NCBI GenBank assembly: GCA_038150265.1
Contig: JAYOTF010000003.1
Span: 32,001 to 96,000 of the forward strand
Length of the DNA stretch: 64,000 nucleotides
Source of the DNA: Deltaproteobacteria bacterium
GTDB lineage: Bacteria > SAR324 > NAC60-12
Reading direction: 5' to 3'
Below are positions 49,070 to 58,460 of the stretch, piece by piece (the stretch's first letter is position 1; each line of letters opens with the position of its first letter). Both the position numbers and the translations under genes were made by a program. Below the pieces are notes generated by a model, which was given only the letters and a program-made list of their open reading frames with translations, was not told where the DNA came from and searched no databases.

Positions 49070-50347
49070 ATGGACGTTAAGATTTACCAGGGATTTGAAG
49101 CCTTCCGCCAGGTTTTTGAAACCGAAAACACCTTTGATGTGTCCGATACGGTGCGGGACATCCTGAAAGCGGTCAAGCAGGACGGCGACACGGCAGTCCG
49201 GGCCTACACCGAGCGTTTCGACGGCGTGCACCTGGAAGAGCTGCGCGTGCCTCACGTCCAGATGCAGCAGGCCCTGGAAGCGTTGCCGACGGACCTCCGG
49301 GAGGTGTTGGAAGAAGCCGCGGCCAACATCCGGAGCTTCCATGAGCGACAGAAGCGCGAGAGCGAGCTGGAGTTTCACCCGGACGGCACCGTGCTGGGGT
49401 GGAAGGTCACCCCGGTTGACAGCGCCGGAGTCTACATTCCGGGCGGCCGGGCCGCGTATCCGTCTTCTTTGCTGATGAATGTCATTCCGGCCCAGGTGGC
49501 TGGGGTGCCGCGCATTGCGATGGTCTCGCCTCCGGGCAAGGAAAGCGGACTTCCTCACCCTCTGGTGATGGCCAGCGCGGCGCTGTGTGGGGTCGATGAG
49601 CTGTACGCCGTCGGGGGGGCGCAATCGGTGGGAGCCCTGGCGTACGGAACCGACTCCATTGCCCGGGTGGTCAAGATCACGGGTCCAGGAAACGCTTATG
49701 TCGCAGAAGCCAAGCGGCAGGTGTACGGGTTGGTAGGCATTGACTCCTTCGCTGGACCAAGCGAGATCCTCATTGTGTGCGATCGTGCCGACCTTTCCGT
49801 TGAGTACCTCGTCCGAGACCTGCTGTCTCAGGCGGAGCATGATCCGGAAGCCGGAGCCATCCTGGTCACCACTCACCCGGAACAGGCCGAAGCCGTTGCA
49901 GCGCGTCTCAAGGAGCTGGTCCCCACGCTGCCGCGCCGGGAAATCATTGAGGCGTCCTTCGCGTCACGTTCCGCTCTGATTGTGGTGCCTAGCCTGGATG
50001 AGGCCTTTGAGGCGCTCAACGAGCTGGCGCCGGAACATCTGGAGGTCCTCACTCAGAACCCGATGGAAGACCTCCACCGCATCCGCAATGCTGGCGCCAT
50101 TTTTCTCGGACCCCACACTCCCGAGCCGGTGGGAGACTACTTTGCCGGTCCCAACCACACCCTGCCGACTTCCGGATGTGCCAAGTTTTCTTCCCCACTG
50201 GGGGTGGAGGACTTTGTCAAGACCAGCTCGATCCTTAGCTACTCGCCAGAGCGTCTGCGCCAGCAGGGCCCCGCGATCATGCGTTTTGCCGAAGAAGAGG
50301 AGCTGTTTGCGCACGCGGCAGCCATCCGAGCCCGGCTGGAGTCCTGA
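49070..50347 (+). CDS. hisD: Histidinol dehydrogenase
   Basis: GVYIPGG, YPSS, GGAQ, GPGNAYV, AGPSE, SQAEHD, PEHLE, GDYFAGPNHTLPT. Confidence 0.96.
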   Translation: MDVKIYQGFEAFRQVFETENTFDVSDTVRDILKAVKQDGDTAVRAYTERFDGVHLEELRVPHVQMQQALEALPTDLREVLEEAAANIRSFHERQKRESELEFHPDGTVLGWKVTPVDSAGVYIPGGRAAYPSSLLMNVIPAQVAGVPRIAMVSPPGKESGLPHPLVMASAALCGVDELYAVGGAQSVGALAYGTDSIARVVKITGPGNAYVAEAKRQVYGLVGIDSFAGPSEILIVCDRADLSVEYLVRDLLSQAEHDPEAGAILVTTHPEQAEAVAARLKELVPTLPRREIIEASFASRSALIVVPSLDEAFEALNELAPEHLEVLTQNPMEDLHRIRNAGAIFLGPHTPEPVGDYFAGPNHTLPTSGCAKFSSPLGVEDFVKTSSILSYSPERLRQQGPAIMRFAEEEELFAHAAAIRARLES

Positions 50348-50509
50348 TCACTTCCGGAAAAATCGAGGCTTCTTTTTTGTCCGTAGCCATACGTAGGCGT
50401 TTTTGCGCATAGGCATCTGAGCCTCCGCGGTTATCCTGTGGGCAACTTCATTGGTGCTCCCCCCACTGATGAATGAACCCCCGTTTTCGGGATTTCAGCA
50501 AGGAGTCTT

Positions 50510-51148
50510 ATGGAACGTTTCAAGAAGCTCGGACAACTGATTGCGGTGATTGGATTTGCCTTTGTGATTGGGGCCGTTTTTGCGTACACCAAGATCCAAG
50601 AAGGTTATCAGTCCCTGCAATCTTTTAGCGCCGCACAAAACGTCACGCTGTCCTACAATGGCCAGGGTGAGTTAATTGATCGCGGAAAAACCGAAGGGGC
50701 TCAGGCGATCATGAAGCTGCTGACAGAAGATTGGGGTTATCCCGTCGTGGCATCCGAGTTTGATCCCAAGGATCCGCTGGTCAACACCGCTTCAGAGTAC
50801 ATGTACCAAATGGCCACCATTGGCTACCACGTGCTGCATGGAACTCAGACGATCACGCTGCCCAAGGACATGGAGTATAAAGGGAAGGTTTATCCTGCTG
50901 GCGTGCACAAGTTTCCGGTGGAAGGGCGATACTGGACCGGGTTTGACCGCATGCACCCGCTGGAAGGCCGGGCTCGGGAAATGGCCTGGTCTGGAACGGC
51001 TCACGGCCTGATTGCCGAGTTGGGTGTGGGAACCGTCACCGCCTCCACCCTGCAGTTGGGGTTGGCGGTTGCCGGATTGATGGCAGGCATCGGAGGAACC
51101 CTGATGGTGCTGGGATTCGGCCTCTCTTGGGCCAGTCAGAAGCCGTAA
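50510..51148 (+). CDS. Hypothetical membrane protein (N- and C-terminal TMs with central extracytoplasmic loop)
   Basis: RBS AAGGAG; hydrophobic segments at both ends. Confidence 0.8.
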   Translation: MERFKKLGQLIAVIGFAFVIGAVFAYTKIQEGYQSLQSFSAAQNVTLSYNGQGELIDRGKTEGAQAIMKLLTEDWGYPVVASEFDPKDPLVNTASEYMYQMATIGYHVLHGTQTITLPKDMEYKGKVYPAGVHKFPVEGRYWTGFDRMHPLEGRAREMAWSGTAHGLIAELGVGTVTASTLQLGLAVAGLMAGIGGTLMVLGFGLSWASQKP

Positions 51149-51174
51149 CCTCTCCCCCTGAACCCTCCTTCTTC

Positions 51175-51208
51175 AAAGCCTCGCTCTCGCCCTGAGAACG
51201 AGGCTTTT
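51175..51208. terminator. Probable intrinsic terminator between convergent genes
   Basis: AAAGCCTCG...CGAGGCTTTT stem with A/T tails. Confidence 0.6.
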
Positions 51209-51219
51209 CTGCATCTCTC

Positions 51220-52023
51220 CTAAAAGACAAACCCCACACCAACGGTCGTCAGGGTGTGCTTGCCTGTGGATTCAAACTGATCGCTATCCAGGATTTTCCC
51301 AAGGCCTTGAGTACGATCAACGGTGGCCTCTGATTTGGTTTCGACACTGCGGTATCCCAGCAAGAGTTCAAACCCACCCAAGCGGTACCCAAGGTCAAGA
51401 AAGTAGGACAAGGCAGACTTTCCTTCAGACTCGACCTTCTCGGTTAACAGTCCTCCATTCAGGCTAGCTCCCGCAACGGTATACGTGATGTTCGTCTCGG
51501 AGCTACTTCCCAGCAGAGGCAGCCCCAAACCGGCTGAAAGCGAGAAGGTGTCTCCTCCAAAAAGATACCCCACGTCCAGGAAGTTGACGTACCCCTTGGA
51601 TTCACGGTTTCCAAGGACCGTCCCATTGCTGGATATCCCTCCAAGCGTCCCTAATACAGTAGCTTTCGTTCCTGCTGTAACGGCATCAAGTGCATCTAAA
51701 GCGCTAGTTGATGCCCAAGACCCCGTTTGAGTCGCAATGGTTGTAAAACTATTTGTGTGCTGGTGGACACCAAGAATCCAACCGCCTTCCGTAATGTACT
51801 GAAGCGTGTTGCCTCCTACCGTCTGAGTATCTTTTTTGTCTTCAGCGGATGCAGTCGCCAAAAGGGTTCCAGACTGGTTATACTTCAGCGTCTGTTCCCC
51901 CAGGGAAGGATCTTCGCTTGACACGCCCACAGCGGTGCTGAGGCGGATTCGGCTCTCAGCATGAGCCGGGGCACTGAGTAGCACGCCCAGGAGGGCAGCA
52001 GATAAGAGGCGGGACACTTTCAT
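51220..52023 (-). CDS. Putative outer-membrane beta-barrel protein
   Basis: Signal peptide (PAHA|E), alternating strands (FLDVGYLF, YFLDLGYRL, LLLGYR), C-terminal VGVGFVF; about 50% GC. Confidence 0.75.
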   Translation of the reverse strand: MKVSRLLSAALLGVLLSAPAHAESRIRLSTAVGVSSEDPSLGEQTLKYNQSGTLLATASAEDKKDTQTVGGNTLQYITEGGWILGVHQHTNSFTTIATQTGSWASTSALDALDAVTAGTKATVLGTLGGISSNGTVLGNRESKGYVNFLDVGYLFGGDTFSLSAGLGLPLLGSSSETNITYTVAGASLNGGLLTEKVESEGKSALSYFLDLGYRLGGFELLLGYRSVETKSEATVDRTQGLGKILDSDQFESTGKHTLTTVGVGFVF

Positions 52024-52263
52024 AAACCAGCTCCATTAAGATAAAAGAATACCAAAGTTGCAAAAATTCACCAAAAACACCACTTGAATGCTTTGGCAAT
52101 GAATCGGAATCATGCACTCCTTATTCCACCTACTCAAAAATAGACTCTTTTAAGGAGAAAGTCGAAGAACACGCTCAAATTCTCTTGCATTTTGATGGGT
52201 ATCAGGAACAATCGAATCCACTTTTAGCGTCTCGCTTCTTTTTTAAACTCGGAGGAAAACATT

Positions 52264-54225
52264 GTGAAGCCCGTCGGAACGTCCGGATTGGACACGTTCC
52301 CGAAGCTCCTGTTGGAGCACGCCCAAAAGCGTGGCTCGCGTCCAGCGTACCGTGAAAAGGACCTGGGCATTTGGCAAACGTGGACCTGGTCTCAGACTCA
52401 AAAGGAGATCGCACAGCTGTCAGCGGGCCTGGTTTCCCTTGGATTGCGGCGTGGAGACGCCGTCGCAATTGTAGGAGACAACCGTCCCCACCTGTACTGG
52501 GCCATCGTCGCCGCACAAGCGGTCGGTGGTCTTCCCGTTCCGCTCTACCAGGATTCGGTTGCTGAGGAGATGATTCACGTCCTCAACAACGCCGACGTCC
52601 GCTTTGCGATCGTCGAGGATCAGGAGCAGGCGGACAAGATGCTTGAGGTCAAGGACCGCTGCCCGCAGCTGGAGTTTGTGGTCTACGAAAACACCCGGGG
52701 CATGCGGCACTACGACCAGCCCTTCCTCTTTCAGTTCCAGGACGTCCAGCGCCAGGGTGCCTCCTACCTGCAGGCCCATCCCGATTTTTTTGAGACCGAA
52801 GCGGCCAAGGGCTCTGGAGCCGACACCGCCATCTTGCTCTACACCTCCGGAACCACGGGCCTTCCCAAAGGCGTGGCCCTCAGCTTTGACAACCTCATCT
52901 TCAGCGGAGAGCTGGGCCGAACGTTCGACTTCCTGACCGATGAGGAAGAGACCCTGGCCTACCTGCCCATGGCATGGGTGGGCGACAACGTCTTCTCGAT
53001 TGCGCAAGCCTACGTCTGTGGCTTCTGCGTCAATTGCCCAGAGAGTCCGGAAACCGTCCTCACCGACCTCCGTGAAATTGGCCCCACCTACTACTTTGCG
53101 CCTCCCTCCGTGTATGAGCGGATGCTCACGCAGGTGATGATCCGGATCGAAGACGCCGGCAGCACCAAGCGCTGGCTCTTCAACACCTTCATGAAGGTTG
53201 CCCGTCGCTGTGGCACCGACATTTTGGATGGGAATCCGGTTTCGCCACTGGACCGACTCCTCTATGCCCTCGGAGAATTGACGATCTACGGCCCGTTGAA
53301 AAACGTCCTGGGCCTCAGCCGCATTCGGGTCGCCTACACCGCCGGGGAAGCAATTGGTCCGGAGCTCTTTGCCTTCTTCCGGGCGCTCGGGATCAACATC
53401 AAGCAGCTTTACGGGCAAACCGAGGCCTCCGTCTTCATCTGTGCCCAGCCCAACGGGCAGGTCCGCTCCGACACCGTCGGCCCCCCGCTTCCCGGAATTG
53501 AGGTCCGCATTGACGACTCCGGAGAGGTCTTCTACCGGAGCCCCGGAGTCTTTTTGCACTACCACAAGAATCCGGAATCCACGGCCAAGACCAAGAGTCC
53601 GGACAACTGGGTCGCCACAGGAGACGCCGGCTTCTTCGACCACGAGGGGCACCTGAAGATCATCGACCGGGTCAAGGACGTGGGGCGCATGAACGATGGG
53701 AGCCTGTTTGCTCCGAAGTACGTGGAAAACAAGCTCAAGTTCTTTGCCTTCATCAAGCATGCAGTCGTCTTTGGAGACGGACGAGACTACGCCACCGCCT
53801 TCATCAACATTGACCTCAATGCGGTGGGCAACTGGGCCGAGCGCAACGGTTTGGCCTATTCCGGATACACCGACCTCTCGGCTCGTCAGGAAGTGTACAA
53901 GCTCATTCAGGAATGCGTGGAGTCGGTCAACGCTGACCTGGCCCGAGATGAGAAACTCCGGAGTTCCCAGATTGCACGGTTCCTCTTGCTCCACAAGGAA
54001 TTGGATGCAGATGACGGAGAGTTGACCCGAACCAGCAAGGTTCGTCGCAACGTGGTGGATGAACGCTACGGCACCCTGATCAACGCCCTCTACGACCCAG
54101 CCCAGAAGCGCTGCCAGATTGAGTCCCTGATCACGTTTGAAGACGGACGCAAGGGAACCCTCAAGGCCGACCTCTCCATCTGTGACTGCAAGCGCGTCAC
54201 CGAGCCCCTCAAGGATGCGGCATGA
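52264..54225 (+). CDS. Long-chain acyl-CoA synthetase (AMP-binding enzyme)
   Basis: YTSGTTGLPKG, YLPMAW, QLYGQTE, TGDAG, IIDRVKD, ELTRTSKVRR. Confidence 0.93.
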   Translation: MKPVGTSGLDTFPKLLLEHAQKRGSRPAYREKDLGIWQTWTWSQTQKEIAQLSAGLVSLGLRRGDAVAIVGDNRPHLYWAIVAAQAVGGLPVPLYQDSVAEEMIHVLNNADVRFAIVEDQEQADKMLEVKDRCPQLEFVVYENTRGMRHYDQPFLFQFQDVQRQGASYLQAHPDFFETEAAKGSGADTAILLYTSGTTGLPKGVALSFDNLIFSGELGRTFDFLTDEEETLAYLPMAWVGDNVFSIAQAYVCGFCVNCPESPETVLTDLREIGPTYYFAPPSVYERMLTQVMIRIEDAGSTKRWLFNTFMKVARRCGTDILDGNPVSPLDRLLYALGELTIYGPLKNVLGLSRIRVAYTAGEAIGPELFAFFRALGINIKQLYGQTEASVFICAQPNGQVRSDTVGPPLPGIEVRIDDSGEVFYRSPGVFLHYHKNPESTAKTKSPDNWVATGDAGFFDHEGHLKIIDRVKDVGRMNDGSLFAPKYVENKLKFFAFIKHAVVFGDGRDYATAFINIDLNAVGNWAERNGLAYSGYTDLSARQEVYKLIQECVESVNADLARDEKLRSSQIARFLLLHKELDADDGELTRTSKVRRNVVDERYGTLINALYDPAQKRCQIESLITFEDGRKGTLKADLSICDCKRVTEPLKDAA

Positions 54226-55016
54226 GTAACCATCGGCGTGCCATTGGAGACACGTTGCTGAGCGTGGAACACATCAGCCTCTCCTTCGGAGGAGTGAAGG
54301 CGCTCACCGACATCAGCCTCTCTGTTCGCAAGCACGAAATCTTTTCCATCATTGGCCCGAACGGCGCCGGGAAGACGTCCATGCTCAACGTCATCAACGG
54401 CTTCTACCACCCGCAGGAAGGGGCCATCGTCTTCCGGGGCACGCACCGCAAGCGCATGCGTCCCCATGAAGCAGCCAAGCAAGGCATCGCCCGGACCTTC
54501 CAGAATGTCGCCCTCTTCAAGGGCATGAGCACCCTCGACAACATCATGTCCGGACGCCTGCTCAAGATGCACCGCAACATCTTCTGGCAGGCCCTTCACC
54601 TGGGACCCGCCCGAGAAGAGGAGCTGGCCCACCGTCGCAAGGTCGAGGAGATCATCGACTTCCTGGAAATCCAGGCCATCCGCAAGATTCCAGTCGGACG
54701 CCTTCCGTATGGGCTGCAGAAACGAGTGGAGTTGGGACGAGCCCTGGCGATGGAGCCCGACCTGCTGCTGCTGGACGAGCCGATGGCCGGCATGAACCTT
54801 GAGGAAAAGCAGGACATGTGTCGCTTCATCCTCGACATCAGCGAAGAGTACGGAACCACGATGGTGCTCATTGAGCATGACATGGGCGTCGTCATGGACA
54901 TCTCCGACCGAGTCGCCGTCCTCGATTACGGACGCAAGATCGCTGATGGCCCTCCGGACGAAGTCCGCTCCAACCAGGAGGTGATTGATGCTTACCTGGG
55001 GGTGAGTCATGACTGA
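54222..55016 (+). CDS. livG: Liv-type ABC transporter ATPase (LivG-like)
   Basis: GPNGAGKT, IARTFQN, LPYG, LLDEP, IEHDM, DAYLG. Confidence 0.92.
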   Translation: MSNHRRAIGDTLLSVEHISLSFGGVKALTDISLSVRKHEIFSIIGPNGAGKTSMLNVINGFYHPQEGAIVFRGTHRKRMRPHEAAKQGIARTFQNVALFKGMSTLDNIMSGRLLKMHRNIFWQALHLGPAREEELAHRRKVEEIIDFLEIQAIRKIPVGRLPYGLQKRVELGRALAMEPDLLLLDEPMAGMNLEEKQDMCRFILDISEEYGTTMVLIEHDMGVVMDISDRVAVLDYGRKIADGPPDEVRSNQEVIDAYLGVSHD

Positions 55017-55034
55017 GCCCAGGAACGGAGAATT

Positions 55035-55964
55035 ATGGAACTGATGTTTTTTTTCGAAACCCTGATCAGTGGCCTCATGGCTGGAGTCATGTACTCCCTG
55101 GTCGCTCTCGGTTTCGTGTTGATCTTCAAGGCTTCCGGAGTCTTCAACTTCTCTCAGGGAGTGCTGTGCCTGTTTGCAGCCCTCGCCCTGTTTGACTTCA
55201 TTTCAGAAGACGGCTGGGTGTACGCCCTCTTTGGCTTTGCCCTCCCCGTCTGGCTCGGCATCCTCCTGACCGTTGTGGTGATGATTGGGGTCGCTTGGCT
55301 CATTGAACGCCTCGTGCTGCGGCACCTGGTCAACCAGGACCCGATCATCCTCTTCATGGCCACGATCGGGCTGGCCTACGTTCTGGAAGGCGCAGGAGAC
55401 ATCCTCTTCGGCTCCGACGTGAAGCCCCTGGACATTGGACTGCCTCAAGGCGCCTCGGACTACCTACTCGACACCTACGGACTCTACATTGAAAAACTGG
55501 AGGTCGTGGCGGCAATCACCGCTGCCGTGCTCGTGGCGGTTCTTGCGGTCTTCTTCCAGAAGACCCGAATTGGTCGAGCCCTGCGTGCCGTCGCTGACGA
55601 CCACCAGGCCGCACTTTCCGTGGGCATCTCCCTCAATGCCATCTGGGTCATCGTCTGGTCGGTGGCCGGCATCGTCGCCCTCGTGGCCGGAATCATGTGG
55701 GGGTCGAAGTCCGGGGTTCAGTTTTCCCTTTCGCTGATTGCCCTCAAGGCCCTTCCGGTCCTGATCCTCGGAGGCTTCACTTCGGTTCCAGGGGCCATCA
55801 TTGGAGGACTGATCATTGGCGTGGGAGAGAAACTGGCAGAGATCTATGCCGGACCGCTGGTCGGCGGAGCCCTGGAGAACTGGTTTGCCTACATGTTGGC
55901 ATTGGTCTTCCTCCTGTTCCGTCCGCAAGGGCTGTTTGGAGAGCGCATCATTGAACGGGTCTGA
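55035..55964 (+). CDS. livH: Liv-type ABC permease (LivH-like)
   Basis: YSLVALGFVLIFKASGVFNF, GRALRAVA, LFRPQGLFG. Confidence 0.92.
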   Translation: MELMFFFETLISGLMAGVMYSLVALGFVLIFKASGVFNFSQGVLCLFAALALFDFISEDGWVYALFGFALPVWLGILLTVVVMIGVAWLIERLVLRHLVNQDPIILFMATIGLAYVLEGAGDILFGSDVKPLDIGLPQGASDYLLDTYGLYIEKLEVVAAITAAVLVAVLAVFFQKTRIGRALRAVADDHQAALSVGISLNAIWVIVWSVAGIVALVAGIMWGSKSGVQFSLSLIALKALPVLILGGFTSVPGAIIGGLIIGVGEKLAEIYAGPLVGGALENWFAYMLALVFLLFRPQGLFGERIIERV

Positions 55965-55967
55965 AGC

Positions 55968-57044
55968 ATGATTTATCGAGAGTCTGGACAGTTCAAATCC
56001 AGTTACAGCGGCGACCAGGCGATCTTCCCGATCCTTCAGGACCGGATCTTTCTGGTGCTGGTCGCCCTGATTGCCGTGGTCGGGATTCCCACCATTGTTG
56101 ACGACTACTGGGCCAACGCGGTTTTCATTCCCTTGCTCGTCTTCACCCTCGCCGCCATTGGCCTCAACATCCTCACCGGATACTGCGGACAGCTGAGCCT
56201 CGGCACCGGCGCCTTCATGGCGGTTGGGGCGTACGCGACCTACAAGCTGATGACGGCTTTTCCGGAGATGAACTTCATCCTCATCGTCATCCTCTCCGGT
56301 TTTGTCACAGCAGGAGTGGGGGTCCTCTTTGGGCTGCCCTCTCTGCGCATCAAGGGGTTCTACCTCGCGGTGGCCACGCTGGCCGCCCAGTTCTTTCTGG
56401 TGTGGCTCTTCAACAAGGTCGGGTGGTTCTTCAACTACAACGCAACCGGACAGATCAACGCGACCCGCATGCACGTGTTCGGGATCCAGATCACGGGTCC
56501 GGAAGCCACACCGGCTGCTCGGTACCTCTTCTGCCTCTTCTTTGCCATCGTCTTTGCCCTGGTGGCCAAGAACCTGGTCCGCGGGCGCATCGGACGCTCC
56601 TGGATGGCCATCCGGGACATGGACATTGCGGCAGAACTGATCGGCATCCGCCCCCTGCAGACCAAACTCTCGGCCTTTGCCGTCAGCTCCTTCTACGTGG
56701 GCATGGCAGGCTCGCTCTACTTTTCCGTCTGGTTGGGTGCGGCCGAGGTGACCGAAGCCTTCAGCATCAATCAGTCCTTCTTCGTCCTCTTCATGGTCAT
56801 CATCGGTGGGCTGGGAACCGTCCTTGGCTCCTTCCTCGGGGCCGCGTTCATGGTCCTGATGCCAATCTTGCTGAAAAACTTCCTGGTCGATGGCATCGGC
56901 GTGGAGGTGGTTACAGCCAAGCACGTCGAGATCATGGTGATGGGCATCTTGATTGTCACCTTCCTGATCGTCGAGCCTCACGGACTTGCCCGGCTCTGGC
57001 AGATCATGAAAGAAAAGCTCCGCCTCTGGCCCTTTCCCTACTGA
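55968..57044 (+). CDS. livM: Liv-type ABC permease (LivM-like)
   Basis: GLNILTGYCGQLSLG, LRIKGFYLAVATLA, GRSWMAIRD, IIGGLG. Confidence 0.92.
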   Translation: MIYRESGQFKSSYSGDQAIFPILQDRIFLVLVALIAVVGIPTIVDDYWANAVFIPLLVFTLAAIGLNILTGYCGQLSLGTGAFMAVGAYATYKLMTAFPEMNFILIVILSGFVTAGVGVLFGLPSLRIKGFYLAVATLAAQFFLVWLFNKVGWFFNYNATGQINATRMHVFGIQITGPEATPAARYLFCLFFAIVFALVAKNLVRGRIGRSWMAIRDMDIAAELIGIRPLQTKLSAFAVSSFYVGMAGSLYFSVWLGAAEVTEAFSINQSFFVLFMVIIGGLGTVLGSFLGAAFMVLMPILLKNFLVDGIGVEVVTAKHVEIMVMGILIVTFLIVEPHGLARLWQIMKEKLRLWPFPY

Positions 57045-57087
57045 TCGGGCCCCAAGCCGAGCGCAACCTTCCTCAGGAGAGAAAACC

Positions 57088-58410
57088 ATGAACCTCAAGC
57101 AGCGATTCCTGCGAGCCGCCCTCGCCACGGTTGCTCTGCCGCTGACCCTCGTGAGCGCCCACGCCTATGAGCTGGTCGTTCCCAGTCTGGACTACCGGAC
57201 CGGGCCTTACGCGCCCAACGGCATCCCGGTCGCCAACGGCTTTGCCGACTACTTCACGCTCCTCAACGAGCGCGACGGTGGCATCAACGGTGTTCCAGTC
57301 AAGCTGGTTCCCTGTGAAACCGCCTACAACACCCAGCAGGGGGTGGAGTGCTATGAAAACACCAAGAACACCGAGCCCTCCGGCGCCCTGGTGTACAACC
57401 CCCTCTCCACCGGCATCACCTACCAGCTGATTCCGAAAGCGAGTGTCGACCAGATCCCGGTCCTTTCCCTGGGCTATGGCCGCACCTCGGCTGCCAACGG
57501 GAAGGTCTTCCCCTGGATCTTCAACTTTCCCGGAACCTACTGGGATGGCGCTTCCATCTTCATGAAGTACATTGGCGAGAAGGAAGGGGGCATGAGCAAC
57601 CTCAAGGGCAAGAAGATCGCCCTTGTCTACCACAACTCCGCCTACGGAAAAGAGCCGATCCGGACCCTTGAGGCGCTGGCCAGCAAGCATGGCTTTGAGC
57701 TGCAATTGCTGCCCGTTGACCACCCAGGTCAGGAGCAAAAAGCCACCTGGCTGCAGGTCCGTCGTGGTCGTCCGGACTGGGTCCTGATGTGGGGCTGGGG
57801 CGTGATGAACCAGGTCGCCATCAAGGAAGCCGCTTCTGTGCGTTTCCCGATGGATCGCTTCATCGGCATCTGGTGGTCGGGTTCAGAGAACGACGTGCTG
57901 CCCGCTGGAGCTGATGCGGACGGCTACCTCTCCGGAGCCTTCACGGCACCACGCCGCGACTTCCCGCTCTTTGATGAGATCCGAAAACTCGTTTACGATG
58001 CCGGCAAAGGCGCAGGTGAGCGAGACCGCATTGGTGAGGTCCTCTACGGACGAGGCGTCCTGCAGGCCGTCTATGTTGCAGAGGCGATCCAAAAGGCCAT
58101 GGAGATTCATGGCACCAAGGAGATCCGGGGCGTCCACATGCGAGACGGTCTGGAGCAACTGACCATCACGGCAGCCCGCTGGAACGAGCTGGGCCTCCCG
58201 GGCTTTGCCTCTCCGGTGAACATCTCCTGCTCCAACCACGCAGGTCCGCGGGAAGCCGCGATTCAGCAGTGGGATGCCAAAGCGCAGCAGTGGAACCTTG
58301 TCACCGACTTCATGACACCCGACCTGGCCATCGTGGATCCGTTGATTGAACAAGACTCCATGGCGTATGCGAAAGAGAACGGCATCACGCCCAAGAGCAA
58401 CTGCATGTAA
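57088..58410 (+). CDS. Liv-type ABC substrate-binding protein
   Basis: Signal peptide; RTGPYAPNG, GGINGV, CETAY, AYGKEP. Confidence 0.9.
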   Translation: MNLKQRFLRAALATVALPLTLVSAHAYELVVPSLDYRTGPYAPNGIPVANGFADYFTLLNERDGGINGVPVKLVPCETAYNTQQGVECYENTKNTEPSGALVYNPLSTGITYQLIPKASVDQIPVLSLGYGRTSAANGKVFPWIFNFPGTYWDGASIFMKYIGEKEGGMSNLKGKKIALVYHNSAYGKEPIRTLEALASKHGFELQLLPVDHPGQEQKATWLQVRRGRPDWVLMWGWGVMNQVAIKEAASVRFPMDRFIGIWWSGSENDVLPAGADADGYLSGAFTAPRRDFPLFDEIRKLVYDAGKGAGERDRIGEVLYGRGVLQAVYVAEAIQKAMEIHGTKEIRGVHMRDGLEQLTITAARWNELGLPGFASPVNISCSNHAGPREAAIQQWDAKAQQWNLVTDFMTPDLAIVDPLIEQDSMAYAKENGITPKSNCM

Positions 58411-58417
58411 CTGAGTC

Positions 58418-58437
58418 AGGGAGCCTTCGGGCTCCCT
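58418..58437 (+). terminator. Intra-operon hairpin after the binding-protein gene (stabiliser or attenuator)
   Basis: AGGGAGCC-TTCG-GGCTCCCT: perfect 8-bp stem with cUUCGg tetraloop. Confidence 0.6.
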
Positions 58438-58460
58438 CTCCACTCCGGAACAAAGAACCC

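Noticed and set aside
52058..52073. Sigma54-like TGG...TTGC upstream of the beta-barrel gene
   Set aside because: Spacing is GG-N9-GC rather than the required N10.
52420..57128. 524-aa and 554-aa minus-strand ORFs
   Set aside because: Antisense to the ligase and permease genes.
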